The translations under genes and the position numbers were made by a program. The notes beneath the pieces are model-generated. The model ran no database searches and had not been told where the DNA came from. It was given only the letters and a program-made list of their open reading frames with translations. Shown one piece after another: positions 39,093 through 54,001 of a stretch of 64,000 bases of DNA. The stretch lies in the NCBI RefSeq assembly GCF_009914755.1, contig NC_060932.1; one strand, given 5' to 3'. Numbering within the stretch: position 1 is the stretch's first letter; each line of letters opens with the position of its first letter. The stretch is from the human T2T-CHM13v2.0 reference genome, Homo sapiens.

Positions 39093-40056
39093 AATATCTG
39101 AAGGGAAGGGAAGGAATAAAGAGTAGCATTTTATGTCTAGTGTTCCCATCTCACTGTTATTATTGTTTTAGGTTATTGTGAAATTAGATGGTTATTTCAT
39201 ATCCTTGGGACCTACTATCAAAAATTTCTTTTTTTCTCTCTTCCCTGTCTCCATTAAGATGAGGCAATAAGCAACAAAACCAAAATCTGAGGCCAGATTT
39301 TGATGTGGCATACTAATGTAAACCATGTGTCTGATAATGTCAAAATCATGAATTAAGTCCAAAACAGTCTCCAACTAACTATAATTCCAGCATTCTAGTG
39401 TTTAGTCATGTTTAAATAATAGAAGTGTCAAGTGAGGCTTAAATTATTTCTCTGACTTGAATTAGTAAAGAGGAATATGAAAATACAAACTGATCTCTTT
39501 TCTACTATTTTAATCCACGTTTTAGATGGGTAAATAAAAAGAATTTGACACAATCAACCACGTTAAACAAAAAGCTTCCTTTAAATCATCTCAATACTAA
39601 TCAAGTTCATTTATAAATTGTAGTATTGTTATGCAAATAAAATACAGGAGACTGAAGTTCAGAGTTAGCTAGTAATTTCAGATGATATTTTTAAGGTTAC
39701 CAATCAAGTTGCTAATTTTACATACATTATTTTTTCTGTTGCATTTACATCCTGAGAGAACTAATTTCTTAAGTAGAAGGTGTACATAAGGAAACTTAAA
39801 GGTCATTGGATTTTATATCAAATGACTTATTACCCAGGTCCTAGACATGCAATTTTATATCTTTAAATATTTCAAAAACACGAAGCCATTTTTTCCCTTT
39901 TGGATATTATGAAAGTAAATGACTTATTTAAAAATATAATATTTTATTCAGTACTATTTTTAGAGGGTTGCTTCACATCAGCACATTAATAAGCATCAAA
40001 TAATTTGAAATCTAGGAGAGGAGAAAGTGTACTATGCCTGGAGCCAAAAATAAATT

Positions 40057-40167
40057 TCTCCTCTCCTCTCCTCTCCTCTCCTCTCCTCTCCTCTCCTCTC
40101 CTCTCCTCTCCTCTCCTCTCCTCCCCTCCCCTCCCCTCCCCTCCCCTCCCCTCCCCTCCCCTCCCCT
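40057..40167. repeat. (CTCCT)n(CCCCT)n pentanucleotide polypyrimidine tract
   Basis: Read directly. Confidence 0.97.
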
Positions 40168-40870
40168 TTTCTGAAAAGCTCTCCCACCAATTAAATGCCA
40201 GGATAATAGATTCTAATCGTGAAAGCGTATTTGAAGATGTGTAAACAAAGTGATAACAAAAAGCATAATGGCTTTATTTTTTGATAGACCTGCATAGATG
40301 AAGGCCAATTGTCAGATAGAGTCCTGAAGTTGTCTGGCGTTCCTTAAATGACAAATGCTGGCTTGTCCTGAATGTTGCATTCAAATTTGCCAGAAAAATA
40401 AGCCCCTCTGGCCCTATCGTACTTAAAGCATTGGCCTTTGGATATACTTCTACATTTTATTCTTAAATTACATACAATAAAATTTATTTTTTTCACAGTT
40501 TTATGCTCATGCTATTACTTTGTAGTCAAACACTCAACCTATGCACCTATCTTTCATCTCAGGCAAGCGTTGATCTTGTCTTCATCCAGTGGTGGTCAGG
40601 TTTATGTTTAACTACTGGACATAAAAAATGGTTTGCCTATATATTAATACATTCATTTATTATACGTTTTACTGATGTAAATAATGAAGGCACACAATTT
40701 ACAAATAATAATAGATTATATTACCCCATATTATAGATTCCATATTGGCAATTGGTGCCCACAAATGCTTTTGTTGATTTTTGCTGGACTCCTGTCTCTG
40801 AAGACACACTATGGCCATATTTCTGATAGGACAATAAACATGTTGGTTGGCATTTTCATTTAGGCAATGA

Positions 40871-41241
<371 letters not shown>

Positions 41242-41264
41242 GGAAAACATATGTCTTAAATGAC

Positions 41265-41480
41265 ATTTCACATAAATGGAGCTATTCACTATGTGGACTT
41301 TTGTGGCTGGCTTCTTTCCTATGGCAGAATTTCATTGAGGTCCAGCCACATCGTGGCACATATCTGTACTTCTTTTAATTTCTCAATAGTATTATATGGA
41401 TAGGTTACATTTTGTTTGCTCACAGGTTGATAGACATTTGGGTCATTTCCAATTTTGGCTGTTGTGTACAATGATCTTTT
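41265..41480 (-). mobile_element. Old L1 (L1MB/ME) 3' fragment
   Basis: ataaatggagctattcactatgtggacttttgtggctggcttcttt...gttgatagacatttgggtcatttccaattttggct. Confidence 0.7.
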
Positions 41481-41826
41481 TGCATACTCTTCTCCAAATA
41501 AATTCAGTGTCTTTCAGCAAAGTAACAGGTCTACCCAATATCATGGCTTGCCCTTCCAGCCAGGGAAGAACTTAAATGCCTTGTAGATTGGTGGGGAGAT
41601 GAAGGCAACCCTGGATGAAACGCCACAATATCCTGTTCTTCTGACTGAGATCCAGTAGATTTTCTTTAATACATTCTTCTCAATTTGTTGTATGCCTTTT
41701 GTCAATTTCCAGAGACTGTAAACAGTTATTATTGTCAATTTTTTACAGTTTTATCATTGCACATTGGGCACATATTTTGCCAAACTCCTGACAGACATGT
41801 CGGAATGCCTACTTCCCAGAGTCCTT

Positions 41827-41997
41827 TTTGTTTGTTTGTTTGTTTGTTTGTTTGTTTGTTTGTTTGTTTCTTTCTTTCTTTCTTTCCTTCTTTCTTTCTT
41901 TCCTTCTTTCTTTCTTTCTTTTCTTTCTCTTTCTTTCTTTGTTTGTTTCTTTCTTTTCTCTTTTTTCTTTCTTTCTCTTTCTTTTCTTTCTCTCTCT

Positions 41998-42045
<48 letters not shown>

Positions 42046-42060
42046 TTCTTTCTCTCTTTC
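41827..42060. repeat. (GTTT)n(CTTT)n complex tetranucleotide STR
   Basis: Read directly; source of the F/L/S-rich and K/E/R-rich ORFs. Confidence 0.97.
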
Positions 42061-42329
42061 CTCAGGGTTGTTTTTGCCATTGCCAGCTATATCCTTTTAA
42101 ATTTGAATTAAATTTACCCTAAATATTTATTGATCCCTACCTTATGGTAGATTCTAGGCTTGAAGATTAGTAAAGGGGAATAGAAAAGAAAAAGATGAAT
42201 TAAGTTCCATTCTACATCTTTAAAAAGCTCTATATCTAGAAGAAACAGACAAATACGTAAGGGAAAAAGTGCTGGGAGAGAAGATGTATTATCCGTCATA
42301 GATCATATCTAATGTGGGGTATTTTATTA

Positions 42330-42660
42330 TTCTTGAAGTGAAAAGTCATGGGAAATACTCTCAGTAGATAATGATTGAGTGAGACTAAGAAGTTGAATAG
42401 CATACATAGAAACAAGGATGATTAAAATTTTATTGAAAGAAACGAATACTTGAAATGTCAAAAGTATGAGTAGAGAGTAGAAGTAAGTCATGGGCAGCAT
42501 ATGTTAGAATCATATAGTGAGGGCACTTTAATGCCATACTGTGAATTTTGGGCTTCCATTATGGAAGTTACATGGTCAGATTTGTTTGTAGAGAAATAAC
42601 CTCCATGTATGTGGTCAACGGATGAAAGGTGAACAAGACTAGGTTATTATGTTGAGATTT
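42330..42660 (-). mobile_element. L2 fragment
   Basis: taatgccatactgtgaattttgggctt...catggtcagatttgtttgtagagaaataac. Confidence 0.55.
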
Positions 42661-43199
42661 TTCCTGAAGTTAAAAGTCACATTTGTGTGTCATGCCACTG
42701 AATAAATTAATCAGTGGCTGTACCAAGGAAATGACTGGGGGAGATTTGGGACCTCAATTTTTCTCCAGAACTGTAATTATTGTGTGAATACAGTATTAAT
42801 AGTTGTCTTTAACTTATTCATCTAAACAGATTGCCTAACATAACACTATATTCCCCCATAAAATTATGGACTCACAACTGTAGATAGCCAAACATAGATC
42901 AGGATTGGGTGTAACAAAAGGCGATTTTCAACCTTCTTCATGTTGTGGCTTATCTTGCTTCTACAGCATGTATAAAGTGTATTCTTGCCTCATACTTTTA
43001 CAAACATTTCTGGACATAATTCTCCCATAGCCCACTTGAAAGATAGTTATTGCTTCTGCTTCAAGACTTTCCACTTCCTGGAAAGAGTTCTTTTTAAATT
43101 TATGAACAAAATTATTTTCAGATGAGAATAAAGGACTAAATATTTACACAATTGCCTTAGCCTTGATAAAATAATAACTCGAAATGGACTATGAGAGAC

Positions 43200-43530
43200 A
43201 GAAATAAAAACAACATAGAATACAATAACTTTTCCAATTTGGTTACTTTTCTCATCTTATAGTAGACATATTTCACAGAAAATTTGTAAGAATTAAAGAA
43301 AATAATGTACACTGCCATCCTTAGCAAGCTCATAAGTGTTAAATAAATGTTATTGTGCTAGTATTGTAAATTATTGAGGGAGAAGCAGTGTCTCATAAAT
43401 GAAACCCTGTTTGTTCTAGGAGTTCTGGGTTTTAATCTTTGCTCTATCATTCAGTTTTGCAATCTTCTGCAGCCCCTTAGATAGTGTGAAAATAGGTGGT
43501 TGCACTGTAAGATTTCTACAGTGTCATTAG
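43200..43530 (+). mobile_element. MIR/MIR3 fragments
   Basis: tttctcatcttatagtagac...gtaagaattaaaga; ggagttctgggttttaatctttgctct. Confidence 0.45.
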
Positions 43531-43949
43531 TCTCTTATATGAAGAGTTGTAAAAACTAGAAAAGCAAATTACAATAGAAAGCTAAATCACAAAGCAATAT
43601 ATCACTTTTGTGATATTATCCTAGGTAGGTAGGTTCCCACTTCTACAATAAATTTTTCAATAAGATAAGATTGCTGTATGAGAAAGAGAATCAACAAAGG
43701 AGGATTAAGAAGAGGAATGTGCAGATCTCTGAAAAGTACAAATTAAGTCTGTTTCTACTAGACTAGATCACATTACAATTTAAGCGAATGTGCTGACACA
43801 TCTAGAGAAAGAATATGTCAAGCCTAGTAAGAGTGTTTCCTCCTGGAAGCATAGGAGAGAAACACTAGAAAATCTCATATTCAGAAAAATCCAAGGGGAA
43901 TTAAGCATTGGTAAAACTAAAAAATAAAACAAAAATGTATTTATATGGA

Positions 43950-44660
43950 CATTTATTCAACAAATACTTTAAATATCTGTTATATGCCACGAACTGAGAC
44001 ATGGTTCGTGCTCTATAAGCACTTAACTTCTCTCTGGAGATGCATGACGTGCTATAAAAGGAAATTCTAGAGGCAACAGATTTCCAGTAACAGAAATAGG
44101 TATCTGAGAGTGTCAGGGGAGACCTCTCAGAGAGAGACTTGGTTAAAGTAATCCAAGATCAGCGTCAAGATTGACTCTTAAGGTTCAAACTCAGACATTC
44201 AAAAAAAAAAAAAGAATAAAAAGAGAGAATATTAGTGTCACAACTAAGACAGTAAACAAAGGAGGTTGGTATATTTGTAAGACAACCAAGAGAATGCCTA
44301 GTATTTCATTGGATATAGATATAGATACCTCAAACTCAAGAGAGAAAGCTGGGAGTTACCATTATATAGATAACAATGAAAGCCATGGTGAATGTAATCA
44401 CTGATTGTCATAGAGTCACAGAGTGAGAAATAACCACAGGGAATTCAAAGTCTCCAAAAAAAGAGCAGGGAAAGAATCCACAAAATAAATGGATAGGTAT
44501 TCAATGAGAAGGGAGAAATCTAAGTAAACATGGAATCAAGTAAGTAAAAAGAACTCTCAAGAAGAAAGTTAGAGTCAACACTCTTAAATTTTATAGAAAA
44601 ATCAAGAAAGATTATATCTGAAAGATATATTTTAGTAGAGTTGAAGGAATTCCTTTTCTT
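43950..44660 (-). mobile_element. L2
   Basis: atttattcaacaaatactttaaatatctgttatatgcca...gagacatggttcgtgctct; agtgtcaggggagacctctc. Confidence 0.6.
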
Positions 44661-46106
44661 TACCTTGTAAGTAAAACAAGAGCCATTAGGTCCCACTTTG
44701 ATCTGATTCCATTAACAATGAACAACTTTCTAATAATAGCTTTCCCATATGCCATTTCTCTGGAGAGAGATAACACTGCTCATAGCACTAGTACTGCCCA
44801 ATAAAATAAGCAAGTTTATTTATCATTATATTTAAAAAGCTTTTTTTCCTGAAGATAGAGTGATCTTTGAGTATCTTGCTTAAAGTGCTAGCTAGATGGC
44901 TAAACACCAGTCCTTTTTCTTAGAGTAAACTAAAACAAAAGTATATTCTTGTATCATAAATTAGTTTAGTATGTCTTATTAGAAAACTCTTAATATGGGA
45001 CACATTAGAGTTTATGAGACAGTAAGACTAATGGAAAAATGTCAAACAATGGTAAATTTACCAGCATAATTCCATCTTGTGAGGCTTCCTGGGGAAGAGT
45101 CAACTTGCTTTACCCAGATAATTCTTCTAAGCATTGAAATGTAAACAATAATTTTATTCTTCAAACTTCAGCACTTTTTATATCTGAGACCCAAGTTTAA
45201 ACCAATATCTCATAAAGTACATTTGAATAAATCTCCTTAATATCAATTCTGTCTAGTTACTTAGCAAACACATGTAGAAATAAATCCAATAGAAATGTGT
45301 TTATCTTTAAATAACTCCCTTCACTGCCTCTTATACATTGATTATAATCTCCAAATACAGAGGAATTCCAATTTTTCATAAATATATTTGTTAAAAATAT
45401 AGTCCGTAAATATGACTATCTCTAAGGTAATGAATAAAGATGAACTTGGAGAATATATTGAACAATCTCAAAGAGATAATAAATGAAACTGAATCTAAAA
45501 CATTATTTAATAGTATACTTCTGAACTTTCAGAATCTCAAAATAATATTCAGCATCACATTGATAACTTCATTTAAAATGCTCAGCACTATGAGTTGCAA
45601 CATTGATAAAACTTTGTTTAGAAAATATGCTTTCTAGTAAGGCTGACGTTTCTAATTCTTGATTGTTTATGGGGAGATAAATTAGATACAGGAATATTAT
45701 AAACAAGATATTTGATTAGAGGCCTAATTTGGGGCATAAAGTTTTGAGTCAGAACTTAGCTTGACATTTTCTTTTGGATGCAGAAGTTTAAAAATGTAAG
45801 CCAAGTCCTATGGGGCTTAAGTTCATTTTAGCAAATAAAGTTGTATTCACTTTATTTGGTGATTTTTAGGTAGTTTTAATGTTTAAAAACAATTTAAATT
45901 TTATAATTAAAAAACTGTCTCCCAAAGACTAAATTTTAGTATCTGTTTCACTAAAAAACATAATATTTCTTCTACTGAAAAGATATTCAGTTTTTGTCCA
46001 CATTCAAATATAGGACATGCTCATTTATGAGAAAGTTAATATTGAAGAGAACAAATTGTGGATTCCTCTATCTAAAATTTTGAGACAGCATCCTAGCTTA
46101 CCACAA

Positions 46107-46256
46107 TGTTTTAGTTTGTTTAGTGTTGCTCATAACAGAATACCTGACCTGAGATTAGAAAGTTTATAAAGAAAAGAGGTTTATTTGGCTCACGATTCTG
46201 GTGGCAGAAAGGTTGAAGATTGGGCAGGTGAATATGGTGAGGGACTCAGGCTGCAT
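46107..46256 (-). mobile_element. MST/MLT1A-type LTR 3' fragment
   Basis: tgttttagtttgtttagtgttgct...tttataaagaaaagaggtttatttggctcacgattctgg. Confidence 0.8.
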
Positions 46257-46269
46257 TGTTCTAGAGAGG

Positions 46270-47590
46270 GAATTCATGCTGTACCCAAGCTGCTCAAGCA
46301 TGACACCATTTTGAGAGCAGAGACAACACTGGACTACATCTTGACCTAGGGCCCAATATCTCCTGTATCTCCACATGTCTGGGGCCCTGCTAACATCCCC
46401 TCACATCCACCCAGAGGGCTGCAGCATTATTGTGCTGACTGGAGCCAGGGGCAGTCACATCACTGGAACCCAAACTGCTTGCACAACACCCTACAACCCT
46501 GGGGAACAGGCAGTCCAGCGCATCAGGAAGTCTGCCCTCAGGACATAGAGAACTGAAGTATGCACTCCTTAGAGCCAGAAAGCAGTCTTCCCAGGGCCAC
46601 TTCCACAGACAGTGACCCCACTCCCTTCCAGCAGCAAGGCCAGGGGCCAGAGGTTAGCTAGCCCTTGCAACCCACTCAGGGCCCAGGGACTGGCCTGCTT
46701 ACCCCGACATGGTTACTGCTGGTGTCCATTCACCTCATGTAGAAACCCTGGAAGCAGACTTTCCAGCCTACTGGTGCCTGTGCATGCCACCCAGAGATTC
46801 AGAATCTGGCCCACCCAGCCTACTGTTGCCATCACCAGTGCCCACACACCCTGCATAGGGCCCAAAGAGTGGCCCACCTGAGGCACACACCACTGCCACT
46901 GCCAGTGTCTGCACATGCCACTTAGATGACTGAGGACCAGCCTACTCAGTGTCCCCCTCCTCATCTCCCACAAAGTCTCACCACAGTGTCCATAAAAAAC
47001 CACACAGTCTGAGCCACAAAAATAAAGAGCTCACTGGAAGAGAAGATACACAAAGGAGAAAGATAAAGGAATCAAACATTATCACTACGGAAAGCCATCA
47101 CATAAGGAATAAGGAAGGAAGAAATAGACAAAGCATATACAAAACAACCAGAAGACAAGAAACAGAGGGATAGGAATAAGTCTTCACTTACCAATACCAA
47201 GCTTGAATGTAAATGGTCTAAATTCAAAAAACTGATCTGCTGAACAATTAAAAAAAAGACCTATCTATAATTTGCCTACAAGAAACTCACTTCACCTGTA
47301 AAGTCATATATAGACTAAAAGTGAGGGACAGAAGAATATATTCTGTGCAAGCAGAAGCCAAAAATGTGAAAAAGTAGCTATACTTACATCAGACAAAATA
47401 GGCTTTAAGACAAAACCATGAAAAGAAACAAAAAGGTCATTACATAGTTAAAAAGGAATCGATGGAGCAAGGGGACATGACAATTGTAAATAATATATAC
47501 ACCGAAAACCAGAGCACCCAGAGGTATAAAGCAAGAATTATTAGAGTGAAAGAGATAGACTCTATTTACATAATAACTGGGGACTCAACA
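46270..47590 (+). mobile_element. L1 (L1M/L1MA-type) 5'UTR joined to ORF1-end/EN fragment
   Basis: GC-rich tandem-like 5'UTR (cctgtgcatgccacccagag...), then ttgcctacaagaaactcacttc and gtagctatacttacatcagacaaaatag. Confidence 0.75.
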
Positions 47591-47599
47591 CAAAATAGC

Positions 47600-48530
47600 A
47601 TGTTAACATATGAAGTGATGTTCAACATCATATACCACTGCAAATTAAAACAATGAAATACCATTACATATCTACTATTAGTTGGTGAAAAAGTAATTGT
47701 GGTTTTGCCATTAAAAATAATAGCAAAAATTCAAAACACTGACAAACACCAAATGCTTATTAGAATGTAGAGTATCGGGAACTCTCATTCAATGCAGGTG
47801 GATGCAAAATGGTACAGCTACTTTACAAGGTAGTTTGACAATTTCTTATTAAATATGCTTTTACCGTGTGATCCAGCAATAATACTTTACCCAAAGGAGT
47901 TGAAAATTTATGTCCAAACAAAAGTTTGTGCATGGATGTTTATAGCAGCTTTAATTGCCAAACCTGGAAACAATCAAGATGTATTTCAGTAGGTAAATGA
48001 ATAAATAAACTGTAGTGCATCCAGACAATGGAATATTATTTCATACTAAAAATATAAGCATGACATTATATGGACATTATAAGACATTAAAATACATGGA
48101 AGAAACTTGAGTGCATATGGCTAAGTGAAAGTTAATCTGAAACAGCTACATACTATATAATTCCAACTATATGACGTTCGGGAAGAGTTAAAATTATAGA
48201 CAGTAAAAAAAAAAATCAGTGATTTCCAATGTTTAGGAGAAAGGAAGAATGGATACACAGAGCACAGCAGAGTTAAGGGTGGTGAAACTGTTCTGTATAA
48301 TACCATAATGGTACATATATGCCATTGTACATTTGTAAACCTCATAAAATATGCACCACCAACAATGAACCCTAATATACACAATGGTCTTTGAGTGATA
48401 ATGTAGTTTAATTGATTATAACAAATATACTACTCTGGTGCAGAATGTTGATAATGGGAACTCTCTGTACTTCCTGCTCAATCACTATGAACTTAAAATT
48501 GCTCTAAAAATAGGGTTTATTAATTTAAGC
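47600..48530 (+). mobile_element. L1MC1-type 3' end
   Basis: ccaaaggagttgaaaatttatgtcc...catccagacaatggaatatta...gctacatactatataattccaactatatgac. Confidence 0.85.
47676..47729 (+). mobile_element. MADE1 (Hsmar1-derived MITE), right arm truncated
   Basis: tattagttggtgaaaaagtaattgtggttttgccattaaaaataatagcaaaaa. Confidence 0.8.
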
Positions 48531-49039
48531 AATTAAGGAAAAATAATGACCTTTAATATAAACAAAAGAATTAATTAATAGCAAAATAAACTATAAGAAA
48601 CAATTTTTTTTTTCAGAGAGAAGTAATACGACACGTAAAGAAACCTGGATTGAAACAAAGAAATGAAGAACACTAGAAATGAAATAAATAAAGGTAAAAT
48701 AAAGTTTTTAAAACATTTTTAATTGATCTAAAGGACCAAATACAACATCATGGATAAATCTTAGTAATATGCAATATGATACTATTGAGTTTAAAATCAA
48801 GTAAAATAACAGTATTGTGTCTAAGCAGGTATATATATACATATAATATATGTACATGTATTTATGTATAGTAAAGCAATATTCTAATGATATGAATAAA
48901 AATATGCAGGAAGATGTAATGGAAAAAAGTGGTATTTTTGCAATTTATTCCTTAATAAATTAAGGAATTTATTTCTTGATAAATCAAAGAATAAATCCAT
49001 ACATAAATAAATAAATTCATCCTTTCATGGATAGATTAT

Positions 49040-50983
<1,944 letters not shown>

Positions 50984-52189
50984 TTGCATAGTGAGAACTG
51001 TAAAAACTCAGCATTATGAGTATTCTAATTCTGTGCAACTGAATTCCATTTTAAAAAGAATAAACAATAAAAGAAAGTGTAAGGTAAAAAAAATCATGAA
51101 AAAAAATTTAAGAGATTTGGAGACATATAGATTGAAAATTGAGAAGGCATTTGTAAACAATAGGAATTTCAGGGGAAACAGAAAATAGCAGAAAGAAGAA
51201 GGGCAGCCAATATTCCAACATACCTTTCCAGTCTTCTCTGCCTTAATTTTTCTATTCAAGTTTTCGATTTCTTCCTGAACAATTCATTCATGTACTAGAT
51301 TTCCGTAAACACACAGATCTATTTTGAACTCAACTGTTCTATTTGTTTATCAAAGTTAATACATGTTTTGATCACAGTAGCTTTAGAATATAAAGTATTA
51401 GCAGTTAAATTGAGTTTCACTAGTCCTCAAATTCATAAATTCCTATTTATTTTTGGAAATCTATTCCTTCATAAAAAATTTAAAATTCCAAAACTTGGGA
51501 TTTTGTAGAAATTGAAAGAAAATTTATAACTGGGAGAAAATACAAAGAAACACATGAGTATTAAACATATTTATAGCTTTGACGTGGTGTCATTACATAC
51601 AATATTGCCTCTTTTCACTTATTAAGGTTTTCTGTTTTTTAGTAAAATTTTATAGTTTTTTTATCTCTAAGTCCTATTATTTATAAATAATTTTAGGATT
51701 TATGCTATTTTAAACGGGATTATCCTCCATTTGATTTTTTGCTATGATTTTTGTGTATTAACCTTCTGATTACTTCTTTTTACTAGGAAATGAAATCTCA
51801 AAATGGCCAGGTGGGAGGTCTCGCCTAGAGTTCAACTAAATCGAAGTATTTTCATATTCCCCAGTGGAAGCATTTCCTTGTAGGATTTTTATACATTACA
51901 ACCAGTAGAGCTGAGAAGCAAACGTTTTGTGATTAGGTCATTAAGAAAAACAATACAAAATGATATTTTCATATCTACCTTCTAAATGATTCTGAAAACT
52001 AAATACTGTAGCTGTGGGAGAAACGGATTCACATGGGTGCATGCACACATACATACACAGGCAAACACACACAGCAATGTATACACACACATTGGATCCT
52101 GCAAGATAGCATTCCAACCCACCTCACAGACATTCTCTCCAAGATGGTATTATTATAACTGAATTATAATAAGGTATACTAACATGCAT

Positions 52190-53250
52190 TAAAGCCAGCT
52201 ACTTCTCAATAATGTGCCCAACGGCATTGCCAGTTAATCCTTTGGGCATTGGTTTATTCTCCTTTTCTTTTAACTGTCAAGTTAGCTCTTGGTCAGAAGC
52301 AATATGTTGTGAGCTATCTCGACAGTGTTTGAAGTATTTGGTTATTTAAAAAATGATAGTGCTGGCAGAAGCATAACAAGCATGAAAAGGAAACGACTAT
52401 AAGAAAAGTTATAATTTCATTGTGGGCCTGTCATTGTACTTTTTATAATAAAAGTGGGACAGAAAAATCAATCTCTGGTTTTTAAAATAGTTTGTATTTT
52501 TTTATATTCAATATTTCCTCTAGGAGAACGGAAATCAAGAGATGGCATTTGAAGTTTCGCAAGCATAGGAGGATTTCTCTAAGAATGGAAAGCAATGTGG
52601 CAGCAGACTGATTCTGATGGGTCCTTTTGTTTCATAAAGCTACAACCAAAAGCCAGGCTGGGATGTTATTTTTTTCAGTTAACTCATCATGGAGAAGCCA
52701 TATGAGGCTATAGATGTGGTGTGAGGGATGATGAGCTTTGTAACATGAATTAGTCTCACAAGAAGATAAAGTGATCTGTGCATGAGATTTGTCAGTTCAA
52801 CATATGTTGCTCATGCACAATTCCGTATATTTTACTGCTATTCGATGATATATTGGTACTGGATGTATCCGGATTGGGAAGTAGTGAATTAGACAATATC
52901 CAGTTCACAATTGGCAGTTTAGGCTGTGTGATCATTCAGTGTGCCATGGTTGGATGTTCAGTATCTGCCAGGGCATGGCAAAAAGCCAAGATCTACTTCT
53001 CATAAAGCAGATGCCTCAGTAGGCAAAGATGATGCAAATTTGAGGCTTCTACTATGATTATTGTATTAGTGCTTAATACAAGCTCAGGTTAGACCTTTGA
53101 TCTGATAGGGTCATTTAGGGCAGCACTTTATATCTTGGATCGTATGAGTAGAGGAACATAATTTCATTGAATCCAAGGCTACTGCAGAGTTTCCTCTTAC
53201 TCTGGGTCCCAGTCAAAGCTAGAAGCCTTTGGTCTCATCTGGTAAATTAG
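52190..53250 (-). mobile_element. Ancient ERVL internal (pol) remnant: integrase-like 52190-52450, RT/RNase H connection-like 52690-53250
   Basis: Reverse strand atgcttctgccagcactatc...cacaacatattgcttctgaccaag resembles ERVL integrase (HSIASDQG); ccatggttggatgttcagtatctgccagggc...gccaag resembles antisense ERVL pol; heavily decayed. Confidence 0.6.
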
Positions 53251-53483
53251 TTATATATATATGTATATATATTGTATAGTGTATTAGTTATATATATGTA
53301 TATATAGTGTATATACACTATATATGTATGTACATATGTATGCATATATAGTACATACATATATATGTACTATATATGCATGTATGCATCTATATGTACT
53401 ATATATGCATGTATGCATCTATATGTACTATATATGCATGTATGCATATATATGTATGTATGCATATATAGTGTATATATACA

Positions 53484-53525
<42 letters not shown>
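53248..53525. repeat. (TA)-rich minisatellite with ~28-bp units and a (TA)n run
   Basis: tatatgtactatatatgcatgtatgcatc repeated about 3 times. Confidence 0.9.
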
Positions 53526-53527
<2 letters not shown>

Positions 53528-53860
53528 TGTCTCATAGCTTGAAAGCCGACATTGCCTAGAAGCAAGAAAGTAAGGTTCTAATACAGTCTTATTAAGCAAA
53601 AGTAAGTAGATTGTAGACAGATAAAAATGTTAAATGTCTGCTATGCTATATAACAATAGATTCAATTTTTAAATAAAAAATAAATGAGGTGGCGGAGAAT
53701 TGAAGTAAAAATGAATTAAAGGTTTCAGAGGATGAAAAATTAAATCACTCACAATATCTTTAACTTATTGAATTAATCATAGTAGCAAAACAACCAAAAT
53801 AGCATAGAATTATTTTTAATCCAACTGAATGAAATAAATAAAAATGACATACACACACAC

Positions 53861-54001
53861 GCATGTGTGGGCACCCTCCATTTACATATATATACACACA
53901 CACACGTGCATACACACATTTATGTATGTATACATTTTATGTGTATATACATGTGTGTGTGTGTATACATATATATGTAAATTGAGGGTACCCACACATG
54001 C
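53861..54001. repeat. 141-bp imperfect palindrome (hairpin)
   Basis: gcatgtgtgggcaccctccatttacatatata ... tatatgtaaattgagggtacccacacatgc. Confidence 0.93.

Noticed and set aside
40005-40244. Ser/Pro/Leu-repeat ORF
   Set aside because: It is a translation of the (CTCCT)n/(CCCCT)n repeat.
41685-42122. Four overlapping ORFs of 90-145 aa
   Set aside because: They are translations of the (GTTT)n/(CTTT)n microsatellite.
46270-47000. GC-richer block (also 34250-34950) as a possible host promoter or CpG island
   Set aside because: CpG-depleted and contiguous with L1 coding remnants; these are decayed L1 5'UTRs.
51787-51810. Possible 24-nt micro-exon (tttttactag|GAAATG...GGCCAG|gtggga)
   Set aside because: The donor is mediocre and nothing else supports it; such signals are common in AT-rich DNA.
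53324-53599. Y/I/M/C-rich ORFs, also 53844-54053
   Set aside because: They are translations of TA/CA simple repeats.
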